From positions 17,819,477-17,883,476 of the forward strand of contig JARFYF010000053.1 of assembly GCA_030265395.1 (NCBI GenBank): a DNA stretch of 64,000 nt, in the 5' to 3' direction. This DNA comes from Rhina ancylostomus (taxonomy: Eukaryota). Numbering within the stretch: the first letter of the stretch is position 1; the number at the start of each line of letters is the position of its first letter. Positions 38,632 through 51,605 of this stretch are shown in pieces. The translations under genes and the position numbers were made by a program. The notes beneath the pieces are model-generated. The model was not told the origin of the DNA, did no database searches, and saw nothing but the letters and a program-made list of their open reading frames with translations.

Positions 38632-38815
38632 ACGATTCCTGCCACTAGTTGTGAGGAGTTTGTATGTTCTCCCCATGACCATGTGGGTTTCCTCCGGGTG
38701 CTCCATTGTCCTCCCACATTCCAAAGATGTACGGGTTAGTAGGTTAACATGGGTTTAATTGGGCTCATTGGGCAGGAAGGGCCTGTTACTGTGATGCACA
38801 GATAAAGTTTTAAAT
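38632..38815 (+). mobile_element. V-SINE (HE1-like), same family as 15235-15428
   Basis: ggagtttgtatgttctccccatgaccatgtgggtttcctccgggtgctcc...cccacattccaaaga. Confidence 0.85.
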
Positions 38816-40862
38816 TACTATAACTGTGAGTATCATTATAGTATAGATTTTCAAATTATGACAGATGATAATTCTAAAAGTGGAAGCAATACTGTTGGTA
38901 TAATGATCTGAAATTTAAGGGTGTCATATCTAGAAATGAGATTAAGAACATATTTTATTCCCATTTTCAATGGATCCAAAACTGACTAAATTCTGCGTTA
39001 TTTTCCCGTGTTTCTACAGACTTTCAATTGAAACTCATCAGCCCTTAATGGCTCAGATAACAACTGAAAAAGAACTAATACACTGGGTTAGAATTTTATT
39101 CAACACCATCCCTGGCAAGTATTTTTACAATGCATTTACACAAGAAATGGAGCACATTCTGCATACATCACAACTGTACTGAAAACCTAGCCCAAATCTG
39201 GTTAGCATATCTAACCTAAAAGTGCAATGAAAATCCCCAAATGTATATCACCTTTTGATAACGTTTCGGCACACACTAGAAGGGTCAAATGGCCTGTTTT
39301 CCATGCTGTATTGTTCTATGGTTTATAGATTGTTAAACAATTTACAAAAAACCCATAATGATCAATTCCATAAATTCTGCAGGCTTACACAGCATCTTCT
39401 GCTGCAGTTATGATGAGTTATTGGACAAACTAAATCTGCAATGTAACTGCACCATTATACTACAATAATCATTTGTAATAAGCATATACATTTAATTATT
39501 GCACATATGGTCAATAAAATATGAACATTACTACAACATGTGAAATGGTGAATGTAGAGTCATTAAGATTTAACGAAGTAAAACAAAGAGCCAGAATTTT
39601 TATCAGTGACATGAGGTCTCAGAGTCTACTGAAAATGATTAAAGTGTGTTGGGCACTATAATATATTGTGAAACAAGGCAATTGGTGTGAAATAGGCTGC
39701 AGTTTCCATGGTTGATTCACCTTTGGGAGATATAATGTGATCCAATTCTCCAACCATCTGGCTACTAATGTTTCAAGATGCTGTCTAAAACTAGAACAAA
39801 AACAGATCAAACCCTTTCATAACGGGTGTAGGCTAAAGTAGAGAATGTAACTGCTAATGTGAGAACTCAAAGCATAATTGTTAAATTTTGTGTGGCAGCT
39901 ATTTAAAATTGTAAAGTAATTCCTGATAAATATTCATTTCAAAGCACATTAATAGCTTGGTGTTTATCCTTTGCACTCTAAGGTGCTAATTATTGACATA
40001 CGATCACATCAAAGCCAGTAGGACGCAACCCTCTCTCCACCTGTTCAGATAATGAGCATCAGCAAGGCCCCTACCTCAGTTGTGACCATGTGGAAATTTG
40101 GATTACATAATGTCAGTCCTCTGCCACAAATGGGCTAGATCAATGGACCTGCTCCTGTGCCCAGGGTCCCTGGCCTTCCTCTCAACCAGTCCCGGGGTTT
40201 CTCTTGGCTACTCCTAGGGTCGGCCATCTATCCACCCAATTCCACATCTCAAACTGCAACAAAACCTACGAACTATACAAATCAGGAGACACGCGAGACT
40301 GTAGATACGGCAATCTGGAGTAACACACAAAACACTGAAGAAACTCAATGGCTGAGACAGCATCTGTGGAGAAAAATGGACAGTTGATGTTTTGGTCGAG
40401 ATTCTCCATCTCGACTGCTGCAAACTTACAAATCCCTCAGATGATCTGGAGCAATGAACAGCAATGCACCAAAGGATGCACATTGTACAACAATGATAGT
40501 TACTAAAATACTCCACAGATATGACTTAATGGGATTAGTTAACTGTTTTAAAATGTATAAAATTTGCTCATGTACTTCAAGCTATTTCCTCCCATAAACC
40601 AACATACCCTTGACTTTTGCAAATGACTACAATTAATATTGTAATTGATTTCTGCAATTTTGTTGGTTTTCTTTGGAATGCAGGCACAATTTTTTTTTAT
40701 GTTCCTCCTGTAAGTTACATTGCACCTTTAGCATCAGTAATTAAAAGTGGCTCTCTTCTACTTAAACTTGCATTAGTATCATAATGTTTCATGTGAAGTT
40801 TTAATGAGAACAATTATCCCTTTATCACAAATAGGAGTACTCTGTTACTAATCTAAATTTAG

Positions 40863-42016
40863 GCCATAAAACATAGCAGCAGAATTAGGCCATTCGGCCC
40901 ATTGAGTCTGCTCCACTATTCAATCATGGCTGATCTAATTTTCAGTCTCAACCCCATTCTCCCGCCTTCTCCCTGTAACCTTTGATGCCCTTACTAATCA
41001 AGAACCTATCAACCTCCGCTTCAAATATACCCAATGACTTGGCCTCCATAGCCATTTGTGGCAATGAATTCCACAAATTCACCACCCTCTGGCAAAAGAA
41101 GTTCTCCTCATTTCTGTTCTAAAGAGACGTCCTTCTATTCTGAGGCTGTGCCCTTGGGTCCCAGACTCTTCCACTACTGGAAACATCCTCTCCACGTTCA
41201 CTCTATCCAGGCCTTTCAATAGTCAGTAGATTTCATCAAGATCCCCCCTCATTCTTTTAAACTCCAGTGAGTACAGGTGCAGAGCCATCAAACGTTCCTC
41301 ATATTTTAACCCTTTCATTCCAGGGATCATTCTTGAAAACCTCCTCTGGATCCTCTCCAATGCTGGCACATCCATCCTTAATTATGGGGTCCAAAGCTGC
41401 TCACAATACTCCAAATGTGGTCTGACCAACGCCTTATAAAGGCTCAACATTACATCCTTGCTTTTATCTAGTCCTCTTTGCATCATCCGCAAACGTGGCT
41501 ACAAAGCCATCAATTCCATCATCCAGATCATTAACATATAACGTGAACAGTAGTGGACCCAACATTGACCGCTGCAGAACAGCACTCGTCACTAGCAGCC
41601 AACTAGAAAAGGCCCCCTTTATTCCCACTCTTTGCTCTCTGCCAGTCAGCCAATCCATCCATGCTAGTACCTTTCCTATAATACGATGAACACCTATATT
41701 GTTTAGCAGCCTCATGTGCGGCACCTTGTCAAAGGCCTTCTGAAAATCCAAGTAAACAACATTCACTGACTCTTCTTTGTCTATCCTGCCTGATACTTCC
41801 TCAAAGAATTCTAACATTTGTCAGGCAAGATTCCCCCTGAAGGAAACCATGCTGACTTTGGCCTATTTTATCACGTGCTTCCAAGTACCCCAAAATCTTA
41901 TCCTTAATAATGGATTCTAACATCTTACCAACCACTGAAGTCAGACTAACTGGCCTACAATTTTCTCCCTTCTTAAAGAGTGGAATGACATTTGCTTTTT
42001 TTTGGTAAGGAACCAA
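40863..42016 (-). mobile_element. CR1 LINE, 3' end plus RT region with an internal deletion near 41475
   Basis: ORFs ANVIPLFKKG..RPVSLTSVVGKMLESIIKD, VYLDFQKAFDKVPH, LGPLLFTLYVNDLD..FADD; tail cataaaacatagcagcagaattaggccattcggccc. Confidence 0.93.
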
Positions 42017-42040
42017 AATTTGGCCTTCCTTAATATTAAC

Positions 42041-42133
42041 CTGGATTTGTCAGTTGAGATCTGCACTTTCTCATAGGATTTTCTCCTGGAGAGTGGTGAT
42101 GTATCCTGCAGCTTCTTAGCAGATTGCCTGGGA
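42041..42133 (-). CDS. KIF21B: KIF21B exon (FPRQSAKKLQDTSPLSRRKSYEKVQISTDKSR), 93 nt
   Basis: cacag acceptor, CAG|gttaat donor, phase 2/2; TSPLxRRKSY motif of KIF21. Confidence 0.92.
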
Positions 42134-43028
42134 CTGTGGAGAGAAGAAAGATTAATACAAAGTTATCAATGACATTTGAGACACAACTTTACACATGGAA
42201 GGCTAGCAGCAAGCGGAATACATGAAGTAGTAATAAAGGATTCGCGATAACTGGAACAGACACAAATCCATTTCAGTCCCAATTATGCACATGTTTTGCA
42301 GGTAGGTGTGTAACTTAACATCTAGTACTACAGATAGCATGTTGTGGTTCAGATCTAACTGAACATTTGCAGGTGTTCAGACAGAATTGCTTGTAAACCA
42401 TTTTATAAATGGACGCAAGTTAAAGGGCACCATGCAGGGCTTGTCCAAGCAATTAAGTTTGATCACTTTTGAAGGGGGACTTTAAACATATTGTATATAT
42501 ATCCTGTTTTACTCTACACATGAAGTAAAATAAAAAAAAACAATCCATTTACCTTTGCTAAATTTTTCAAAGTTGACAACCCTATTTAAATGAATGGGGC
42601 TGCACTATATAGTAATAACTGGCAATAAAGCCAAAGGGCCAGTTGCAAGATGCAATCTGAATTCTTTTGTGCTTCAACCACTGATTCAAAATGATCAGTT
42701 GTTCCAACCCACTGTCTTTAAGAAAAGAAGTCTGCACAACATCGTTCTGGTGGAATCCAGTGGCATTTTGAAACATGTCAGGGAAATACTACTGAACCTT
42801 ATTACTTATCTTGTTGAAAGAGATTTGTGTTTGGCTCAACCGCTCACAAAAATTGTTTTTCTACCAAAGCAGTTGAGCTTGTTTTGCATATTTATATCTA
42901 CCAAAACAAACAGCAGTCTGAAATTCCCCCAAATTCAACCCAGTTTGAGACTACGTATATCTTTGAGACATTTCCTATTAAAGGAACACAACTTTCCATT
43001 GCAAGGTAAGATTAGTACATTGACTCAC

Positions 43029-43210
43029 AAAGTGTTTCCAGATCTGGGTTGAAAAGCAATGGATTCTCTATCCTTCGGGTTCCGGTTAAGGATGTCAGCT
43101 GTCTTGATGCCATTTTCTTTTACATCAGTTGCTCTGAACAGACCTGGAGTGGACAGGTCCAGAGCAGAACCATAACCTTCCCGATAATGTAACTCAGTTC
43201 TCTGTTCAGT
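43029..43210 (-). CDS. KIF21B: KIF21B exon, divergent linker (TEQRTELHYREGYGSALDLST...PRSGNT), 182 nt
   Basis: ttacag acceptor, TT|gtgagt donor, phase 0 to 2; within ORF 43025..43228. Confidence 0.82.
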
Positions 43211-43626
43211 CTGTAAGTCAAAGATCAAAGATGTAAAGTCACTTTAAGAGTTAAAATACAATGGGGGAAAATGTCTGTCTCCAGTTGCCTGAACTAAACA
43301 TGTGGGCGCTAATTATAACCACCTGAGCATATATATGGGTCCAGTGCCATCAACACATGATGGTGTGACTGATGGCTGATAAGCACACGAGCCAATATCA
43401 CCAGAGACCAAAAGGTGAATCTCTCTCAAATATGGATCAGGAATAAAATCAATGNNNNNNNNNNNNNNNNNNNNNNNNNNNNNNNNNNNNNNNNNNNNNN
43501 NNNNNNNNNNNNNNNNNNNNNNNNNNNNNNNNNNNNNNNNNNNNNNNNNNNNNNNNNNNNNNNNNNNNNNNNNNNNNNNNNNNNNNNNNNNNNNNNNNNN
43601 NNNNNNNNNNNNNNNNNNNNNNNNNN

Positions 43627-43727
43627 GAGGACAAACCAGGGTAAGACTTGCACAGTGAATGGTAGGGCTCTGAGGTGTGCAGTGGAACAAAGGAACCTGG
43701 GAATACAGGTCCATGGTTCTTTGAATT
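43627..43727 (+). mobile_element. Short CR1 fragment abutting a gap, similar to the start of the 44791 copy
   Basis: gaggacaaaccagggtaagact...caggtccatggttctttgaatt. Confidence 0.75.
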
Positions 43728-44528
43728 CTCAAATTATTACCAAATGTTGGAAACAAAAAAGGCTTTCTTGGGACCGAGTAAAGTACAACTTTGAAATATT
43801 GCAAATGATTGAAAACATGACATTTGAACAAAATGCCACAAAATAGTAATGTTGGTGCAGTATATTAAAAATACAAAGCCAAGTACAATACTTATAATAT
43901 ACTGAAAGGACTCACTGCTATCCTGTTTACTGCTACCCTACAGAATGCTGATTCATTATAAGCACTCACAGGCCCATAGACAAGTCTCTCTGCCTTGGGG
44001 ATTTCACCCTTAAAATCAAGGTGCAGCCAAGCAAAGAGGAGGTAGCAGCTTTCATCACATCTAACAGGAGATGATGAGAGACTGTTGGATCCTGTGATCT
44101 GTAAACACATGCAGGAGGTGTTGACAGCAATGGCCACACTCACTATTCTGGTCAGGGAGCACAACATCTCAGCAGTTAGCAATCGCACCGCTCATCCCAG
44201 TTTGTCCAACACCAACCCTCACAGGCAGCCATTGCACATAGACAGCCTTGATGGCTCATTCTACACTGAGCCAATGATGCAGGAGTGCCAGCAAGAGCAA
44301 AGCCCTCAACCAGGTTCTCAGCACATCAGCAAGCAGCAGTGGGGAAGGGGTTCACCTGAGGTTTCTGGCACAGCAGTGCACTCAGTAATTCATCCCTAGA
44401 TTTTACATCGATTCCATTAGTGCTCTTGTTCTTGCCAGCAGAGTGCTATGTGAGATGCCAGTGTAAGTCCCTCATGGCAAACTAAGTATACAAGAGTTGC
44501 ACATTTCTAATCAAATTAACAGTATTAC

Positions 44529-44586
44529 CTTTATCCTGAAATCTCCTTGGCTCAGGGAATGTTTTGAGTAAGAACTGGATGTTAAA
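44529..44586 (-). CDS. KIF21B: KIF21B exon (SLTSSSYSKHSLSQGDFRIK), 58 nt
   Basis: ttccag acceptor after a pyrimidine tract, AAG|gtaat donor; phase 2 to 0 bridges its neighbours exactly. Confidence 0.85.
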
Positions 44587-44790
44587 CTGGAAAGAGAAAA
44601 TACAAATGTTATTGGAATTAGTTTCAAAATTATACTTAACTTCCTTTGAAACAGAAAGGTTAATCTTATACCATAAATCTCACTCTATTATTTAAAAATG
44701 TTTAAAAAACTTTAAGACAGTTATTCTTTAAAAATTACAATGAACAATTAATAGGTTTTCAAAAAATTGTGGTTCATAAATTGTGGTTCT

Positions 44791-45530
44791 TCTGGGAGGA
44801 CAAGCCAGGGTAAGACTTACATAGTAAATGGTAGGGCTCTGGAGGTGTGGGGTGGAACAAAGGGACCTGAGGATACAGGTCCATAGTTCTTTGAATTGGC
44901 ATCACAGGTAGATAGGGTCATAAAGTGAGCTTTGGCACTTTGGCCTTCATAAGTAAGGGCACTGAGTAAAGGAGTTGGGATATTATGTTGAAGTTGTGCA
45001 AGACACTGCTGAGGCCAAATTTAGAGTATTGTGTGCAGTTCTGGTCACCTACCTACAGGAAAGATATCAATAGGCTTGAAAGAATTTACAGGGATGTTTC
45101 CAAGATTTGAGAAGGTTGGATAGGTTGGACTCTATTCCTTGGAGCACAAGAGAATGAAGGGAGGTATACAAAATTATGAGGGGTTTAGATAGGGTGAATA
45201 CATATGGGCTTCCCCCCTTAACCCCCCCCCCCCGAGGTTGGGTGAGACTAGAACTAGAGGACATAGGTTTAGGGTAAAAGGTGAAATATGTAAGTGGAAT
45301 CAGAGGGGGAACTCCTTCACTCAGAGGGTGGTGCGAGTATGGAATGAGCTGCCAGCGGAAGTGGTAGATGCTGGTTCAAATGCAGCATTTAAGAGAAATT
45401 TGGAGAGGTACATGGATGGGAGGAGTTTGGAGGGATATGGTCCAGGTGCAGATAGTTGCAACTAGGCAGAAGATCAGATTGGCATGGACTAGATGGGCTG
45501 AAGGGCCCATTTCTGTGCTACAGTACTCTA
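44791..45530 (+). mobile_element. CR1 LINE 3' fragment, same subfamily as 1-532
   Basis: Near-identical blocks (gagtattgtgtgcagttctggtcacctacct, ggttgggtgagactagaactagagg, ttcactcagagggtggtgc). Confidence 0.92.
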
Positions 45531-46514
45531 CAGGGTATAAAAAGGCTAGGTCCCTGCAGACAAACCATTGCTTGATTGGCTTTTGGTTTCACCAGTGCAG
45601 TACTAAAGAATGTTTTCTTTTATCCTAGTTCACTGTTAGGAGTGAACTCTTCTGTCTCAAAAGGTAGGAACAGTTTGATTTTAGAACAAAAAAAAAATCA
45701 GCATGAGACAACAGGCATGCAAGGTGTAGTAGAGAGATTACAAGTTTCTTTCATGAAATAAGACCAGTTTCTGACAGGGAACGTAGTAAGGATACAGTAT
45801 GAGTAATCAATGGGCAAACTTGATGAGGACTCTGTGGTGGGCCAGGTCCTTTCTGTAGACCTGATAACAAGTTCCTATCAGTGGCACTCAATAGAGGGAA
45901 ATATTGGAGGCTGTTATCAATACCTTACTGCTACGGCCATAAATCTTGAAAAGAAATTACAGATGGATACCATTCTGCAGAACTGATGTCTCATATTCTG
46001 TGTGGAATATTCCTGTTTCGCTTTCCACAGATCCTGCCTGACCTGCTGAGTGTTTCCAGCATTTTTGGTTTTTGTGCAGAGTACTGTGAACCTCTGGTTA
46101 ATGTACAAGAATGTAACTGCATTAGAGAGAGAGAGAATCGCAGCAGATTTACAAATACCAGCAGGGCTGGAGAGTAACTGGTTTGAGGACATGCTGATTT
46201 AGCTGGTGTGTCTTTATTTTGGAACAATGGAGACAGAGAGAAAATTTAACTAGTACTAGACAGGATGACCAAGAAGATCTGCCTCTCTTGGCAGAGAGCT
46301 CATTATTTAAATTAAGTGATAAAGGAGAAAAGATAAAGTTCAGGCAGAATCAAGGAGAAAAAAAAGAGTCACCCAAGGAGTATTGAGGCTTTGGAACACT
46401 GGTAGAAGGAGAAGCCCTCATCATGCTTAAAGAATACTTGGATAAGCACTTGAAAAGCCATAATTGACTAAGACATGGAGCGAATGAAGATAAAAAAAAT
46501 CTGCAGGTACTGGA

Positions 46515-46612
46515 GCTTTCCCTTCAAGTCCACTCATTTTCTCCAGATCAAAGGTGTAGCCATAGAAACTGGATGGGATGCTTTGTGGGATACATGGTAC
46601 AGTCTTTTTTCA
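46515..46612 (+). mobile_element. Penelope-like element reverse-transcriptase remnant
   Basis: FPFKSTHFLQIKGVAIETG resembles the PLE RT motif F.F...HFLQ.KGVAMGT.MG. Confidence 0.65.
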
Positions 46613-47710
46613 GTCCTAGTCTGGAGTCACCATTCTCTCTCATTCCAGTATATATTTTTGTTTCTCTGAAGTTTATTAAACTGTTAATAGTAAGCTCACT
46701 TTTCAGCTAACAGCAACATACATGACAATCCCATTGTAAAACAATAGAATTAAAAGTGATAGCATGAAGTTGTCACAAATATGGCATATTGGAGCACACA
46801 GCTGGTGAGAGTGGGAATTCAGATGGGGGGGGAGGTGGGGTGTGGAAGGAAGTGGTGCTTTTCCCTCCAATTATTTTGGTCCTTTGTGCTAGGTTCAGAA
46901 AGTAGGTAAATAAGCTTTGTCCAATGTTTTAGTGCCAGTGCAAATTCCTATGCAAATCCCAGATATACATTATACACAAGTAGAGTAGAACAGATTAGAT
47001 GTCTGGAGTACAGGATAAAAGGGTCTGTTGATATTGTGGTTGTCCAGAATGATCACCAGTTGACATCTCAGCCTCATATCTCTCTGGCTTGCTGTTTTGA
47101 GGTTTTGAGACTCAAGAGTGTGTAAAACATCTGGGCAATTCGTTTCAGACCTTGCCACATCTCTAAGAGGGCTCTAGGTGACCAGTATAGAGTTGGAGTG
47201 ATGAACTGTATGGAATAAGAGGAAGTCTTGTAACTGGTCCAAGCAAAAATGATGTAATTGCAAGCTATGAGGAAATGGTGAAAGACCCCGTGAAGATTAG
47301 CCAGAATGCTGACCAGGGCAGTTTGGAGAAGGAGCAGCCCAAAAGGTGAAGGGAAGAAATAAAGAAGTTTGGTAGGATAACATGATCATTAATTTGTTTT
47401 TCAGTAATTCAGGGGATAGACGGCATCATTTGAAAACAAGTTTTGGTTTCACAACTTGTTGCCTACCTAATGTCAGGGTAAAATATTGAAAATATATTGG
47501 AGGAGGAGATGGGGAAAATCCATAGCTAATTGTGACCATGAATTGATTCATTTGGGAAAGCTGATATACATTTTTTACTGAGCAATTCTAAATGAGCCAG
47601 TGATATAATGTTATTACATTACCTACATGATCATATTGATCCCTTGATACTTTATATTCTGCTCCAATAAAGAATGCAGAATAAGCTAAAGATATTTCTC
47701 AGCTGCTTAC

Positions 47711-47771
47711 CTGCTGTCTAGCCCTATGCTGCACTCGGATGTTTCCTCATCACTGCTGAGTTCTCCATTTT
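47711..47771 (-). CDS. KIF21B: KIF21B exon (ENGELSSDEETSECSIGLDS), 61 nt
   Basis: ttttag acceptor, CAG|gtaagc donor, phase 1 to 2; resembles KIF21B ENGYASTDEEISE. Confidence 0.88.
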
Positions 47772-48379
47772 CTAAAAGACATAAATGTTAGAAAAAAAAA
47801 CAAATTATTCAACTTGTCAAAGCTCAGTGTTCACAAATATCACACAAATAACAACATTTTTGTAGTTCTCTCATTGGCTGATGTTACACACACATGCATA
47901 ATGACATGTACAGTTGCTGATACTCTATTACCAGGACATTTTATTATTTAGCTTAAGGAATTTTTGAGATAATTGTGGTGAAAAGATGATCTGTTCTTAA
48001 AGGTTGACAATGACCACACTTTAAACCCTGCACGTTAATAATTACATGTAAATTTATATAGAAATTCTTTGGGAACACCCGATATATCAGCCTTTTCTAT
48101 AATACTCAGTGCAGAAAACTATTTTGTTCTCTGATCTGCCCCTTTCATAAAAGTCTCTAAAAGTTAATGAGTAAATTTCAGTTTCTTGTGACTATAAATA
48201 CATTTGAAACTTCTTTTCTAATTCAAACAATTGCTATGAAAGATTAAACCAAGTTAGTGTGGGAACATGGAATAATGAATGCAAAACTACAAATCTTACA
48301 GTCTTTAGAATTTTAATAAATATTGTAAGATATATAATTCTTACAAGATCAAGGAGAAGAAGAGCAGAGAGCAGCCTAC

Positions 48380-48542
48380 CTTGTGAGACACTTTGAAGCA
48401 ATGTCTGTAGTTCAGGAATAGATTCTGCTTTTTCTCTCAACATGTTAATCAGCTGAGTTGGAACAGAATCAGTCACATCTACTTGCTTTAATCGACCTTC
48501 CAGCAATTTAATCTGAGCCTCTTTTTGAGCCACTTGCATCCC
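48380..48542 (-). CDS. KIF21B: KIF21B exon ([20 protein letters not shown]...LQSVSQ), 163 nt
   Basis: ctccag acceptor, CAAG|gtagg donor, phase 0 to 1. Confidence 0.94.
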
Positions 48543-49103
48543 CTGGAGATTAAAATTATTGAATAACTCAAATTCACAGTAAGGTGGCCAACACAGCCCA
48601 CACAGATAACAACTGGATGCAAATAACCCTTAATGTATCAGCAGAGTACTTCATTCCACAACTCTTATAGATCAAGCTCTCTTCAATCTTCACCCAGCAT
48701 GCACATAGGTGTGTCTCCGAGCAAGGGAACAGTGAACATAACGTGCTTTCGACCTACATGGGTTTAGTACGAATGCAAAAACGTTTTCACTTTTACATCA
48801 TATTGTTGCTGTTTGAGAACTGAGGGCTTCAACGCTGCTTTAAGTACTTTATTATAAACATAAGATTCCCAAAGCACAGTCTACAGAACAGCTGTCCAGA
48901 CATGGTACGTCAAAAGGCACTGGCTAATATCAGATATGTGTCGCTTTGAGTGGTAATATTAAAGACTGAAGCAAGATGTTCACAATGCAAATACTAATGT
49001 TTTCTGACCACCCTCCAGCTAACAAACCACTGTGCAGCATCCAATCATTCGACAAGGACTCCAATCATATCACAAGGCCACACAGAAGAAGAGACTCTCT
49101 CAC

Positions 49104-49205
49104 CTTGTCAATTGACATTTTAAGAAAGTGATCCAGCAGATGGCGTGCTTCAGCCAGGGAACAGGAACTTATTACAACAGATGTGTCGGTTGAATTAATT
49201 TCATC
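49104..49205 (-). CDS. KIF21B: KIF21B exon ([34 protein letters not shown]), 102 nt
   Basis: ttgcag acceptor, AAG|gtgag donor, phase 0/0. Confidence 0.95.
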
Positions 49206-49719
49206 CTGCAATATACAGCAAGAAAAGTAATTATAAAACAGACTGTAACTGGTGAAATTACATCAGAACACTAAAACTGCCTGAGGATCATTCATTTTAC
49301 ATTAGTTTATGTTTTTTATTCTTTTCCCTGCTCACTCAAATTTGTCTTCTCTTTAGGGGGACTTCTGTCCCACTTCATGCAAACCAAAAAGCAGCTGACT
49401 TGCATTTAGACATTTACAGATGGCAAGTGTTAAAATTTTAAGATTTTACTTCAGTAATTTTGGGCAACCTCACTGACCCACAAAATGTTGCGTTTACCAT
49501 TGGATGCACAATCAACCACAGACACATTGTCATAAAATCAGTGAGACAAAGTAAAAAGAAAAGCTCCAAAACATTTTGACTTGCCAATCTGGCACAGTGT
49601 TATCAGTAGATGTCTGTGAACCTGCAGTGGTTACTTTACCCTTTATTTTCCATCAGTCCAGTGACACTCCCATTCTGTTTGGCCAAACAGAACTAAATGC
49701 AGCATGAGCCTTTTGGTGA

Positions 49720-50190
49720 TGTTGATTTACAATGATGAACTTTAGCCACTTTTAATAATCTAACAAGACCCAGAACAAATCCCAAGGAATTATTCAACAA
49801 GTAATAGAGGAATTCTTCCTGACATCCTGCCAATACTTATTTCTCCACCACCCCAAAAAGTACTTTTCTGGACATTTATCTGATGTTCTGCTGTTCTTAA
49901 CTGCTGGTCACTCATGCATACTACTGGCCTCATTAAGGTTATTGTTCTTTCATATTTTCCATGTTTGTAATGAGCATTCTTTAATATTTCACTCTATCAA
50001 GTGAACTCACCTAATGCAAAACTCACTTTAAATACTGAGATTAATTTCTCTGGACATTGTTGTTTATGGGATGTTGCTGTGCCTAAACGGTCTGCTGGAT
50101 TTCTAACATTATAACAGAGACCACACATTAAAAATTCTTCACTGGTTGTAAAGCTCTTTCAATGTTGAGGTCATGTAAATACAAGTACAA
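49720..50190 (+). mobile_element. Deu-SINE interrupted by a 168-bp insertion
   Basis: cctgacatcctgccaatacttatt...ctggacatttatct on the left; tgtttatgggatgttgctgtgc...cattataacagagaccacac...cttcactggttgtaaagc on the right. Confidence 0.6.
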
Positions 50191-50525
50191 GAAATTGTTT
50201 GCTTCATTCATTGATCATTAATTTTCTTGGGACATCTGGTAAAAGTCAGTGAATCCTACAGCACTGAATGGGCTATTTGTCAGAGGGTTTCTAGTGCAGA
50301 GAGTTTAAAATTCAGCAGTTTCCCACCACCAAAACTATAACAAATGGCTTCTTTGGGAGTTCTGCTACTCTTAACTGCTGGTCACTCATGGATACTATCG
50401 GCTTCATTAAGTTTATTGTTCTTTTATATTCTTCTGTTTGTAATGAGCATTCTTTAATACTCCACTCTATCAAGTGAACACACCTAATGCAAAACTAGTT
50501 TTAAATACTGAGATTAATTTCTCTG
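49885..50525 (+). repeat. Diverged direct repeat: 49885-50052 and 50359-50525
   Basis: Long shared blocks ttaactgctggtcactcatg, tttgtaatgagcattctttaata, actctatcaagtgaac, cctaatgcaaaact, ttaaatactgagattaatttctctg. Confidence 0.95.
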
Positions 50526-51367
50526 TTGGAACCAAAAACCTTCCCTTTCCCCACCTTCCATAACCCTACCCCACAGATGTTAACTGTAAGATACTGAAAA
50601 AGGTAAAGCTGTCATTGGTTGCTTACAATAGATTTACTTGTAATAATACTGAATCAAACCAGATTAAGTTTCACATTTTAATTTAGTACAGGCTATTCAA
50701 CTGACTTAATTTCACTTTCCCACATTTAACTGGGCTCAGTTATGTTTTAAAAAAACATTGCTTTTAATACTGGGATTGATTAAAAACTAACAGCAATAGC
50801 ATTGGCTATTTTAATATATGTTTTTCCAAAAGTAACATTTGGGTTCAAACAGGTTCCTAGCAGATTGGACTTCTCGTGGTGTCAGCCTGCTTTTTACTTC
50901 TCAGCTTGGACTCCTCTTCCTACAACTTCCCTCTACCCTCTTATTAAACAAGCTAACAGGTTGAATCAAGTTAGAAGTGTAGCTGGTAGTTCAGAAGGGA
51001 ACAGCTGGTGATACAGAAGGGAACAGCTGACCATTCCTCCCTCAGCTTGTTTTGGATTTGTGGCATATCTGACCTCCTACTCTGCTGGTGGATTCACCAT
51101 TAAGCCACTGATATGACAGTGAGGGAACCAGATGCACTTCCCATCAACTCCCCAGCTTTACTCAATGGATGGCTACAGGAAAGATAATACCCTCATTCAT
51201 CTGAATGGGGTCACTGACCCTGTGGAGAAAAGCAAGTGCTTAAAATATTCCACTCTATTTTAACAGTTCTACTTGTTGTTGATATTTGTTAATTTTAACT
51301 TCATGATATTTTTAATCAAGTTTTTAAAATTATTAACATCAACTTGATTAGCGTTTAAATGTCTCTT

Positions 51368-51605
51368 TCAAGTCAAGTCAAGCTGAGTTCATTGTCATAT
51401 GTACAAGTACGGTGAGATACATGTACAATAAAAAACTTGCCTGAAGCAGCATCACGGGCACGTAGGTTCATACAATACACAAAACATTAAATTATACTGG
51501 ACAGCAAAGGAGAAAAAAAGACTGCGCAAAACAAGACATTAGTGCAAAGATAAACACAATCAAAGACAAGTCCATGGTAGTGCAAGAGGTAGTCCATAGT
51601 GTACT
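51368..51605 (-). mobile_element. Rex1/Babar-type LINE or SINE 3' tail
   Basis: Begins with short tandem tail caagtcaagtcaag, then ttcattgtcat...aaaaacttgc...gcagcatcac. Confidence 0.6.

Noticed and set aside
42594-43052. 152-aa plus-strand ORF antisense to a KIF21B intron
   Set aside because: No recognisable domain or splice context; composition is typical of AT-rich non-coding DNA.
43916-43937. Exon-like 22-nt segment (tgtag|GGTAGC...AGCA|gtgagt) in a phase-0 intron
   Set aside because: Not a multiple of 3, weak pyrimidine tract, and the neighbouring exons already join in frame.
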